From NCBI GenBank assembly GCA_041665545.1, contig JBAYIQ010000006.1:1-50505 (forward strand): a stretch of 50,505 nucleotides of DNA, read 5' to 3'. Shown here one piece after another: positions 29,456-36,821 of this stretch. This DNA comes from Patescibacteria group bacterium (GTDB taxonomy: Bacteria > Patescibacteriota > Patescibacteriia > UBA1558 > GWA2-36-10). A program made the position numbers and the translations under genes. The notes beneath the pieces were generated by a model. The model was not told the DNA's origin. It ran no database searches and worked only from the letters and a program-made list of their open reading frames with translations. Position 1 is the stretch's first letter. Each line of letters starts with the position of its first letter.

Positions 29456-29917
29456 ATGTTAAAAATAACCATAATTGCGGTTGGCAAAATAAAAGAAAAA
29501 TTTTGGCAAGAGTCAATACAAGAATATAGCAAAAGATTAAAACCTTATGTGGTTCTTGATTTTGTAGAAATAAAAGCCGAGGCCTTTTCTGTCAAAAATA
29601 AAAAACAATCCCAAATCAAAGAAAATAAACACCTGATAAATATTTTAGAAAAATATGAAAGCAAAAATATTTATTTGTTAGCAGAAGATGGTAAGGAATT
29701 AAATTCTTTGGGTTTTTCTAAATTTATTGAAAGTAAATTGGACCTAGTTTTTGTAATTGGTGGGGCTTTGGGTTGGGCAGAGGAGATAAGAAAAAAATAC
29801 CCACAAGCTATTTCTCTATCTCAACTGACCATGCCGCATGAAATGGCGAGGGTGGTATTATTGGAGCAAATATATAGAGCCACCACGATTATTAATGACA
29901 AAGATTATCATTATTGA
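29456..29917 (+). CDS. rlmH: 23S rRNA (pseudouridine1915-N3)-methyltransferase RlmH (SPOUT)
   Basis: Motifs MLKITIIAVGKIK...EY.KRL and FVIGGA.G. 153 aa. Confidence 0.88.
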   Translation: MLKITIIAVGKIKEKFWQESIQEYSKRLKPYVVLDFVEIKAEAFSVKNKKQSQIKENKHLINILEKYESKNIYLLAEDGKELNSLGFSKFIESKLDLVFVIGGALGWAEEIRKKYPQAISLSQLTMPHEMARVVLLEQIYRATTIINDKDYHY

Positions 29918-29942
29918 CAATAGTATTTATGTGTATTAATAT
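29914..29942 (+). promoter_or_regulatory. TTGACA-17-TAATAT promoter of cassette F (overlaps the rlmH stop)
   Basis: TTGACA at 29914-29919 and TAATAT at 29937-29942. Confidence 0.55.
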
Positions 29943-29972
29943 TGTTTTTAGAAATTTTTAAATAAAATACTT

Positions 29973-30221
29973 TTAGGGGGTGTACGATCTTTAAAGGAGG
30001 TGCGTCATGAGTGACCAAAGAGCTTCAGCGAGAGTAGTGAAGCGATGGCGAAGGAATGCTCGTCGAGTTGATCATCGGCTCAAAACCGGTTATCCGGTTT
30101 GTTCTGTCCCGCGCCATTTCAAGGGCAATTGCTTGCAAAGGTTTTTTGCCCGGCTGAGGAAGTAGGCCGACTCATGGCCCTCGAATCGAGGGAAAGATCA
30201 CAAATTTCCCTCACCCCCTAA
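29973..30221 (+). other. GC-rich mini-cassette F bounded by a 10-bp inverted repeat
   Basis: TTAGGGGGTG (29973-29982) and CACCCCCTAA (30212-30221). There is also an inner 7-bp complementary pair, GATCTTT / AAAGATC. Confidence 0.6.
30007..30165 (+). CDS. cassette F arginine-rich peptide (52 aa)
   Basis: AAGGAGG lies 6 nt before the ATG. MSDQRASARVVKRWRRNARRVDHRLKTGYPVCSVPRHFKGNCLQRFFARLRK has 16 of 52 residues R/K. Below the ORF-track length cut-off. Followed by hairpin CCCTCG-aat-CGAGGG (30178-30192). Confidence 0.35.
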   Translation: MSDQRASARVVKRWRRNARRVDHRLKTGYPVCSVPRHFKGNCLQRFFARLRK

Positions 30222-30310
30222 GAGTATTTTTAGTAAAATAGTAGCCCATTGACTATTTTTTATTTTTACGATATAATTAGATATATATCTAAATATCTAA
30301 ATAAACGGCC

Positions 30311-30589
30311 ATGTCTTTATCAAAAACATTTTCAGCTCTATCCGAACCAAACCGTCAGAAAATCTTGGATTTATTGAAAAAAGGCGAGTTGTCGGTCAAT
30401 GAAATTGGTAAGTATTTAGAGGTGACTACGCCCACTTTATCACATCACTTGGATATTTTGAAAAGAGCTGATTTGATATCTAGTCGTCGGCAAGGTCAGC
30501 AGATTATCTATTCTCTTAATTTTAGTATTTTGGAAGAAGTGGCGGAAAAAATAGCCAAATTTTTGGCCGTTAAAAAAGCAAAAAAATAA
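30311..30589 (+). CDS. ArsR/SmtB-family transcriptional regulator (SdpR-like)
   Basis: ALSEPNRQKILDLL..GELSVNEI......TLSHHL.IL..A.LI..RR.GQ...YSL. Confidence 0.85.
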   Translation: MSLSKTFSALSEPNRQKILDLLKKGELSVNEIGKYLEVTTPTLSHHLDILKRADLISSRRQGQQIIYSLNFSILEEVAEKIAKFLAVKKAKK

Positions 30590-30592
30590 TTC

Positions 30593-30722
30593 ACCCCGTT
30601 AAATAAATTTAATTTAGATATAGTATATATTTTTCATTTAATAATTTACAAACAAATAATTTTTTAAATATTAATAATTAAATTTAATTTTCGTGTGAAA
30701 CGCGAAAATTATTTAACGGGGT
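30593..30722. repeat. 14-bp inverted repeat enclosing a 102-bp AT-rich spacer
   Basis: ACCCCGTTAAATAA (30593-30606) / TTATTTAACGGGGT (30709-30722). Inner hairpin AATTTTCG.G-tgaaa-CGCGAAAATT (30686-30710). Confidence 0.7.
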
Positions 30723-30733
30723 AAATAAAATAT

Positions 30734-31399
30734 ATGCAATCACCAATTAAATTAACCTGGAAAAGCGAAATTTGGTCAATAATACTTATATTGATCACAG
30801 TGGCTTCAAGTTTTTATTTTTATGCTCATTTTCCTGAACGAGTGGTTACCCACTGGGGTTTTATGGGCGAGCCCAATGGTTGGTCAAGCAGAGCAGGTGC
30901 CGCCTTTGGTCTCATGGCCATGGTGCCGGGTATGTATTTGATGTTTTTATTATTACCACTGCTGGATCCCAAAAAAGAACGCTATATTGAATTTGCTAAA
31001 GTTTTTCATTTATTTAAAAATGTTTTATTGACTTTTTTTACGGTAATTTATTTATTGTCTAGTTTGTACAATATCGGCTATCCAATCAGAATTCAATTTT
31101 GGGTGCCCTGGCTGGTCGGTTTGTTGATGATTTTTCTTGGTAATTATTTAGGTAAAATAAAACCCAATTGGTTCGTGGGAATCAGAACTCCTTGGACTTT
31201 GTCTTCAGAAAATGTCTGGTACAAAACTCACCGAGTCGGTGGTTGGGCGTTTATATTATTTGGTGTCTGTATTATTGTTTCACCGAATTTGTCGCCAGCT
31301 TGGGGCGCTCGTTTGTTTACTGGTGGAGCTATAATTTGTATTTTTGGTACAATATTATATTCTTACATTTTGTATTTACAAGAGCGGAATAAAAAATAA
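30734..31399 (+). CDS. SdpI/YhfL-family membrane protein (DUF1648 + SdpI)
   Basis: FPERVVTHWGFMGEPNGWSSR (DUF1648-like) and GNYLGKIKPNWFVGIRTPWTLSSENVW.KTHR (SdpI signature). Confidence 0.75.
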   Translation: MQSPIKLTWKSEIWSIILILITVASSFYFYAHFPERVVTHWGFMGEPNGWSSRAGAAFGLMAMVPGMYLMFLLLPLLDPKKERYIEFAKVFHLFKNVLLTFFTVIYLLSSLYNIGYPIRIQFWVPWLVGLLMIFLGNYLGKIKPNWFVGIRTPWTLSSENVWYKTHRVGGWAFILFGVCIIVSPNLSPAWGARLFTGGAIICIFGTILYSYILYLQERNKK

Positions 31400-31418
31400 A
31401 ATAGTTTTTTGTTGAGGT

Positions 31419-31569
31419 CCGCTGACACACCCATTGTCATCCTGAATTTATTTCCCCCGGCCCGCCATAGGCGGAGCCTCGCAGAATGCGGGGCGAGCAG
31501 GATCTCAAATTGCAGAGTGGCAACGGAGATGCCGAAACAAGTTCGGCATGACAGCGTTAGGGTCAGCGG
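31419..31569. repeat. GTCA...TGAC nested-palindrome element, copy R6 (R5-type, inverted, with a 44-bp insertion)
   Basis: Core 31436-31552. Hairpin GCCGAACTTGTTTCGGC is identical to that of R5. A 44-bp GC-rich insert (31454-31497, containing CCGCCataGGCGG) splits the TCCTGAA..TTCAGGA hairpin loop. Outer stem CCGCTGAC (31419-31426) / GTCAGCGG (31562-31569). Confidence 0.85.
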
Positions 31570-31585
31570 GTTTATGGTTTTTAAA

Positions 31586-31623
31586 TAAAAAAAGCAGGGT
31601 CCGGGTTTTGTTTCCGGACCCTG
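31586..31623 (-). terminator. intrinsic terminator of cassette H
   Basis: CAGGGTCCGG (31595-31604) / CCGGACCCTG (31614-31623). The A-run at 31586-31593 gives a T-run on the minus strand. Confidence 0.75.
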
Positions 31624-31629
31624 TGTGGT

Positions 31630-32076
31630 TCAGGATGCAGGCAGACGCTTGACGGCCAAGCGCAGGACATCGATGTACTCGATGACCCAAACTGAGGCGC
31701 CTTGCTTGGTGGCGGACAGAACCTTCTTCTCGATCAGGCGACGAACTTCCCTGGTCGGTAGCTGGAGGATATCGGCGGCTGTCTTGGTGTTGATCTGGCT
31801 GTTCATTGTGTTCATGATCGCCATCAGCTGATCAGAAACTTCCATGGGGTTGACATCCAGCCCAGCGCAGAGACCAGCGAAGTCCATGTGCTGAGGCAAA
31901 CAGCCGTCGTGTTCCATGATCGGCAGATATAGACCGTTGTAGCGCGAAGCCAAGGGGTTTTGGCGAGTCGTCAGCAGTCTGGCTTGGAGCTCCACTCCTT
32001 CCTTCAAGAGTTCGATCTTATGACCCTCGGTTTTCATCCACCAGTGTGGCTCATAGTCCACTTGGTTGAGATCCAC
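31630..32076 (-). CDS. cassette H protein with C-terminal excisionase/MerR-type HTH (HTH_17-like)
   Basis: INTKTAADILQLPTREVRRLIEKKVLSATKQGASVWVIEYIDVL matches the Xis/AlpA-type pattern (T..aA..L.....V.rLi..g.L.a.k.G....I). GTG start 5 nt after GGAGGTG. Confidence 0.5.
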   Translation of the reverse strand: MDLNQVDYEPHWWMKTEGHKIELLKEGVELQARLLTTRQNPLASRYNGLYLPIMEHDGCLPQHMDFAGLCAGLDVNPMEVSDQLMAIMNTMNSQINTKTAADILQLPTREVRRLIEKKVLSATKQGASVWVIEYIDVLRLAVKRLPAS

Positions 32077-32126
32077 GATTTCACCTCCCCGCTAAGTGTT
32101 TGACAGTTTAAGAACAAGGAAAAAGT

Positions 32127-32154
32127 ATTATATATTTTTTAGTTTTTTTGTCAA
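32127..32154 (-). promoter_or_regulatory. TTGACA-16-TATAAT promoter of cassette H
   Basis: TGTCAA at 32149-32154 and ATTATA at 32127-32132 on the plus strand. Lies inside the out-of-frame continuation of elp3. Confidence 0.55.
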
Positions 32155-32232
32155 GTAAGTGCCTTCTAATTTATAGCCCAAGTGACGGTAGTAGTTGCGT
32201 ACACCAATGCCAGAAATTACGGCTATTTTTTT
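32149..32232 (-). other. out-of-frame conserved C-terminal segment of Elp3
   Basis: The shifted frame reads [28 protein letters not shown], the typical Elp3 GNAT C-terminus. It is separated from the main ORF by the A7 run (complement of 32226-32232). Confidence 0.7.
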
Positions 32233-33743
32233 AGATTGTTATCTTGGGTTATTTTTTCCGCCTCTTTCATCAGGCGTTTGCCAAGACCCAAGTGCTGAGT
32301 TTGGCCTAGCTCATCATCAAGCGCTTCATGGTAGACTGGTACCATTTGCCCATAGACATGTAGCTCGCGGATTATAGAAGCATTTTTTAATTCAGGAAAG
32401 ATATTTTTTTTAGGATCATGATTTAGGCGCAGTCGCAAAAAAGCATAGACTTTACTTTGGTCTTTGTTTTCAAAACTTAGGAATATTTCTTTACCTTGGC
32501 TGGCTAGATAATCACGCCGTACTAATTCTAAATCCTGGAGCTCATACTTTTCATCTCTTACTTCACGGCAACGCAAGCATTGACAAGAAGCACCACATCT
32601 TGCCAACTCTTTTTGCAGATACTGGCGCAGATTGGTAATTTTGTTGCCAGCCACTATGCTTTCCTCTGGTATGTCGCGGATTAGGCGATTGATGCGCAAA
32701 TAAGGCGGTACTATTTTTTTTACATTGATTAATAAATTGAGCAGTTGCTTTTTGGTATAGGGTTTGTATTTTTTTTGTTTGAACAATTTGTATAATTCAG
32801 CGTGCTCATTGACCACACAAGGATAAATTTTTATTTGGTCAGGTTGTAGATCTGGCGAAGTAAAAACATATTTAAACATGGCCAAATCTTTTTGGGGCGT
32901 GCTTCCTGGCAGATCGGGCATGTAGTGGTGGTCGACTTTGATGCCGACTTCTTTGAGTTGCCTAGTGGCTTCAATGCTTTGCTCTAGCGTATGTCTGCGT
33001 TTGATTTTTTTTAGAATTTTGTTATCAGTGTGTTGGATCCCCAGCTGAACGCGAGTAGTGCCCAAAGCGCGCATCTTTTTTATTTCTGCGGGGTTGATAA
33101 AGTCCGGTCTGGTTTCCAAAGTCAAACCAATGATTTTGTATTTGGCAGTTTCGTTTATTTTTTGCTCTTTTTCTAAAGCAAGTGGTTTACGTTTAGTTTT
33201 TTTAGGAAATATATTAGCTGCATAAAAACAATCACGGATAAATTCATTTTGATATTTAGTGGGATAGACAGACCAAGTGCCACCCAAGACCAGTACTTCC
33301 AATTTATCGACAGCGTGGCCGTTGTTTTCTAAGGCCTGAATGCGCATAGTCACTTGGCGAAATGGATTAAAAAGATTCATCTTGGCGCGGGCCGCGGCTG
33401 GCTCATTGGATAAATAGCTTTTGGGCATGCCGATTTCAGTCGGACAGTAGACACAAGTGCCTGGACAAGCAAAGGGCTTGGTCAGCACCGTGATGACTGA
33501 AACGCCTGACAAAGTACGAACGGCCCGTTTTTTTAGCAATTGTTCAAACTGGCTGTTAGCTTTTATTTTGTGTTTTTTTAGCAATTGACGATAGGCCAAA
33601 ATCAAGGTAGCCTTAGTATTGGCTGGTAGTTTACGAGAGCTAAAAGCTTGACGCAATTGTTTGGAAAAATCTAAATCAGTGGGGTATTTTTGCCCCATTA
33701 ATTCTAAGACAATTTCTTCAAATATTTTATTATTTTTTTCCAT
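32223..33743 (-). CDS. elp3: Elp3-type radical-SAM / GNAT tRNA modification enzyme, truncated by a frameshift at an A7 run
   Basis: Radical SAM region [11 protein letters not shown] and GNAT motif [16 protein letters not shown]. The ORF stops at DNNLKK* inside the homopolymer. Confidence 0.85.
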   Translation of the reverse strand: MEKNNKIFEEIVLELMGQKYPTDLDFSKQLRQAFSSRKLPANTKATLILAYRQLLKKHKIKANSQFEQLLKKRAVRTLSGVSVITVLTKPFACPGTCVYCPTEIGMPKSYLSNEPAAARAKMNLFNPFRQVTMRIQALENNGHAVDKLEVLVLGGTWSVYPTKYQNEFIRDCFYAANIFPKKTKRKPLALEKEQKINETAKYKIIGLTLETRPDFINPAEIKKMRALGTTRVQLGIQHTDNKILKKIKRRHTLEQSIEATRQLKEVGIKVDHHYMPDLPGSTPQKDLAMFKYVFTSPDLQPDQIKIYPCVVNEHAELYKLFKQKKYKPYTKKQLLNLLINVKKIVPPYLRINRLIRDIPEESIVAGNKITNLRQYLQKELARCGASCQCLRCREVRDEKYELQDLELVRRDYLASQGKEIFLSFENKDQSKVYAFLRLRLNHDPKKNIFPELKNASIIRELHVYGQMVPVYHEALDDELGQTQHLGLGKRLMKEAEKITQDNNLKK

Positions 33744-34413
33744 GAGTGATATAAAAAAAGATTTGCAAAATGTTTATGATGCTGTGGCCAAGGAGTTTTC
33801 CAACACCAGATACACGCCTTGGCAGGAGTTATCCGTTTTTATACCATATTTGCCAGATGGGGGCAAGATTTTGGATTTGGGTTGTGGTAATGGTCGTTTG
33901 TTAAAAGTATTGGAAGAATCACAGAAAAAATATGACTATTTGGGGGTTGATTTTAGCGCCAATTTGTTAGAGCAAGCTAAAAAGCAATTTCCAAAGCTTA
34001 ATTTTCAGTTGGCTGATATGGCCAGTATTAATTTTCCAGAGAATAGTTTTGATGCAATTTGTTTAGTGGCCTCTTTTCACCACCTTGATACCAAAAAAGA
34101 AAGAGAGGACTTGTTGAAAAAAATATATAGCTGGCTGAAACCGGGTGGAGTTTTGTTTATGACTAATTGGAATCTACTTCAGCCAAAATATTATCAATAT
34201 TTTTTTAAAAACATATTTCACAAGAGAGCTTGGAACGATTGTTTCATTCCCTACAAATTGCCCGACAAGAGCGCTGTTTTTTGGCGCTATTATCACCATT
34301 TTACAAAAGGTGAATTAAGAAAACTATTAAAAAAAGGCGGTTTCAAAATATCAGCCAATGATATTTACCGCACAAAATATAATTTGAATTGTTTAGCGCA
34401 AAAAGGTAAGTAA
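33742..34413 (+). CDS. Trm9/ALKBH8-like class I SAM methyltransferase
   Basis: Trimmed to the ATG at 33742. VYDAVAKEFSNTRYTPW plus ILDLGCGNGRLL and FHHL....R match the Trm9 pattern. The start codon overlaps the divergent elp3 start (CATG). Confidence 0.65.
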   Translation: MSDIKKDLQNVYDAVAKEFSNTRYTPWQELSVFIPYLPDGGKILDLGCGNGRLLKVLEESQKKYDYLGVDFSANLLEQAKKQFPKLNFQLADMASINFPENSFDAICLVASFHHLDTKKEREDLLKKIYSWLKPGGVLFMTNWNLLQPKYYQYFFKNIFHKRAWNDCFIPYKLPDKSAVFWRYYHHFTKGELRKLLKKGGFKISANDIYRTKYNLNCLAQKGK

Positions 34414-35286
34414 TATTGGAATAAAAATAATACTGAACAATAAAGATAGAGAAATAATATTAGCAGCTAAGTTTTGGTCTAATTTTTCTAAAGAAGAAAA
34501 GGTCAATGTATTGTAACCCACGGGGGCGACAGATGCCAATATGACAATAGATTTTTCTAAGCCATCTAACCCAAATAACCAAACTAACAATAACCCCAAG
34601 AGTAGCCCTAAGCCAGAGCGTAATATTAGAGCTATTATCGGTATAGTGATATTTTTTAGTTTGGGCTGAAAATATATGCCCAAGGATAACATTATTAATG
34701 GCGAAATTAAATAAGACAATGGTTGTAAAAAATCATAAACTGGCCCAGTAATTTTTATTTTTAGTAAATTTAAAATAATAGCTAAAATTAGTGCCCAAAT
34801 TGGTGGCGATAATAATATTTTTTTTCTTATAATTTTTTTATCATTTGTACCTTGTCCATATTTAGTTGCCAGATAATAAATAAAAGTAAAGGTTAAAATA
34901 CCATTAGCAAAGTCAAATAGTGATATCAAAGCTACACCCTCCATGCCAAAGGCGGCCAAGGTAAAGGGCAGTAAAAATCCAATATTCATGATTAAGCAGG
35001 CAATCAAAAATGAGCCCAGAGATTCACGGGGTAGTTTTAGCGTACGGCTAATAGCCAGAGTAATTATATAGGTAACCAAAATTATAAAAATAGCACTTAA
35101 GGGCAAAGACCACAATTGGGAGTTCAATTTTATATTAGAGATGGATAATAAAATTAAAGCTGGTGCGGCTATATAAAATACTAGTTTTAAAAATAAGTCA
35201 GCGTCTTCTTTTTTTAAAACATTAATTTTTTTTAACAAATATCCTAGTGCAAAAATTAATAAAATGGGTAATAATTTTAGATACAT
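34393..35286 (-). CDS. AEC-family (auxin efflux carrier-like) membrane transporter
   Basis: 297 aa and about 9-10 TM segments. The N-terminus LPILLIFALGYLLKK..L...D...L..LV.Y...PALI is typical of this family. Confidence 0.75.
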   Translation of the reverse strand: MYLKLLPILLIFALGYLLKKINVLKKEDADLFLKLVFYIAAPALILLSISNIKLNSQLWSLPLSAIFIILVTYIITLAISRTLKLPRESLGSFLIACLIMNIGFLLPFTLAAFGMEGVALISLFDFANGILTFTFIYYLATKYGQGTNDKKIIRKKILLSPPIWALILAIILNLLKIKITGPVYDFLQPLSYLISPLIMLSLGIYFQPKLKNITIPIIALILRSGLGLLLGLLLVWLFGLDGLEKSIVILASVAPVGYNTLTFSSLEKLDQNLAANIISLSLLFSIIFIPILLTFLR

Positions 35287-35298
35287 AGTTATATATTT

Positions 35299-35718
35299 TT
35301 ATTTTAGATCCAAGAATTCTTCTTCATCATCAAAACCATAGTCATAAACAATCTCTTCACCCTTAGAGATTTTTTTGAGGGCTTTCATCATAAGATAGCG
35401 ATCATTTCTGGCCTGGGGGTAAAAAATGTCAGCATTAGGATTTTTACGGTCATGATTGTAGACTGATCCATAGCCCAGCATGATACAATCTTTGCGGTGG
35501 GTTTCTAAATAGAGGGGATAAAAAGTTAACAAATCTGATTCATCGTCCAAATATTTTACATCTTTTTTGGATAAATAAATAACCGGGAAAGTTTCAATGA
35601 TTTCTCCTTTTTTGATGTCATCAGTGGCTATTACTCCCAAGCCCTTACCCGGCGTCTCGACAATTTTGATTTTGGTCGGGGGTATGATTTTAAATTTTTT
35701 GGTCATTTGGTTGGTCAA
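35299..35718 (-). CDS. SET-domain protein (putative lysine methyltransferase)
   Basis: Motifs KGLGVIATDDIKKGEII, YNHD..PN and ISKGEEIVYDYGF. Confidence 0.8.
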   Translation of the reverse strand: MTNQMTKKFKIIPPTKIKIVETPGKGLGVIATDDIKKGEIIETFPVIYLSKKDVKYLDDESDLLTFYPLYLETHRKDCIMLGYGSVYNHDRKNPNADIFYPQARNDRYLMMKALKKISKGEEIVYDYGFDDEEEFLDLK

Positions 35719-35797
35719 CTAATTTTTACTTTATTTACTCAAGTTTTTCTATAATATTATATTTTGATGATTGTGGCAAGGGGGATTTATGGGGTTT

Positions 35798-35826
35798 TTG
35801 ACAATTATGTTTTTATTATCTAAAAT
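35798..35826 (+). promoter_or_regulatory. TTGACA-17-TAAAAT promoter of cassette L
   Basis: TTGACA at 35798-35803 and TAAAAT at 35821-35826. Confidence 0.55.
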
Positions 35827-35871
35827 GTTAGAGGATCTAAGGTTCTTTACTTCGACTTGGGGGTAACAATC

Positions 35872-36153
35872 ATGACTTTCTTGGAGTTCAAGCAGGTAGT
35901 AGGAAAGCATTTTCAGACAACTGGTCAATTCACGCATGTGACCAAACATCAGTTTGGTCTGCAACATCCCGCTTTTTCAGCCATGGTCTGGCATCAAGAT
36001 GAAACAGTGGAGCTTCATGTACGCAATCCCTTTGATGATCACTGGAATGCTTGGTTGGCAACAATCAATATGCCGACAGTCGTCGGCGCGACCACTGGTT
36101 TGGAAGCCGTCCAACAGCTGGTTGAGAAACTAGCCAAACACCATTGTCGCTAG
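35872..36153 (+). CDS. cassette L ORF (93 aa), no recognised family
   Basis: ATG at 35872, 8 nt after GGGGG. MTFLEFKQVVGKHFQTTGQF... Confidence 0.45.
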   Translation: MTFLEFKQVVGKHFQTTGQFTHVTKHQFGLQHPAFSAMVWHQDETVELHVRNPFDDHWNAWLATINMPTVVGATTGLEAVQQLVEKLAKHHCR

Positions 36154-36185
36154 GGGCCTTCGTCGGAGGGCCCTTTACTTTTTGG
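36154..36185 (+). terminator. hairpin GGGCCTTC-gtcg-GAGGGCCC plus T-rich tail
   Basis: Read directly after the cassette L stop. Confidence 0.55.
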
Positions 36186-36819
36186 GAGAATATTTTTTTA
36201 CTTCTTCAAAAACTTTTAACCAATTGGGGCAGGGGACGACATTCAATTTGCTGTCAGTAGCATGGTGGTCGTATAAAAAAATTATTCCCTTATAATTTTC
36301 TCCTAAAAATTCCAGAAGTTTGGCGTTATCATCGATAATGCCTTGAACGCTTGGGTACAATTCATTTAAAATTTTGGCCTTCCAGGCATTGCCAGTAGTA
36401 TGTGGCACATTCAATGGTCTGGCAATAATTGGGGCTAGTGGAAACTTGTGTTTTTTAAGCCAGATCTCTGTTCCGGCAGTTACGCTCTGGGGTCGCACAG
36501 TAATATAGGCAACAATAGGAATAATTTCGTTAATTTTTTTTAAATAAATATCGGCGTCTTCTATTAATGGCAAATTTTCTTGTAATTCATTGGAATGAAT
36601 TTCTTTATCAATCCATTTTTGAGCTTCAGCATGCTGCCAATAGGGTACATTTTGGGTGTAGCGATATTTTTCAATTATTTCCTTGACTGACAAATTTTCT
36701 GGATTGCCAAAATTTTCTTGCAGTTTATTCACCAAATGCCCAATGGTAAAAGACAGGGTCTCGTCAATATCGACAGCTAGGCCAGGGGTGTTTATTCTGG
36801 GCAAAATGATTTTAGACAT
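36175..36819 (-). CDS. HAD-superfamily hydrolase (nucleotidase-like)
   Basis: DxDxT motif in GLAVDIDETLSF. C-terminal IIDDN. Confidence 0.55.
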   Translation of the reverse strand: MSKIILPRINTPGLAVDIDETLSFTIGHLVNKLQENFGNPENLSVKEIIEKYRYTQNVPYWQHAEAQKWIDKEIHSNELQENLPLIEDADIYLKKINEIIPIVAYITVRPQSVTAGTEIWLKKHKFPLAPIIARPLNVPHTTGNAWKAKILNELYPSVQGIIDDNAKLLEFLGENYKGIIFLYDHHATDSKLNVVPCPNWLKVFEEVKKYSPKK

Positions 36820-36821
36820 AA

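Larger units (their letters stand above)
31586..32154 (-). other. GC-rich mini-cassette H
   Basis: Promoter (32127-32154), SD GGGGAGGTG, a GTG-start 148-aa ORF and a strong terminator. Lies between element R6 and the 3' end of elp3. Confidence 0.6.
35773..36173 (+). other. GC-rich mini-cassette L
   Basis: G-rich left edge (GGCAAGGGGGATTTATGGGG), promoter at 35798-35826, a 93-aa ORF and a terminator hairpin at 36154-36173 that overlaps the stop of the convergent HAD gene. Confidence 0.5.

Noticed and set aside
33661-33741. Upstream TTG start for the Trm9-like methyltransferase
   Set aside because: The extension is antisense to the elp3 N-terminus and adds a hydrophobic, non-conserved peptide. 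The ATG at 33742 begins the recognisable Trm9-like sequence.
35749-35967. 72-aa minus-strand ORF over the cassette L promoter
   Set aside because: It runs through the divergent promoter region and the 5' end of the better-supported plus-strand ORF.
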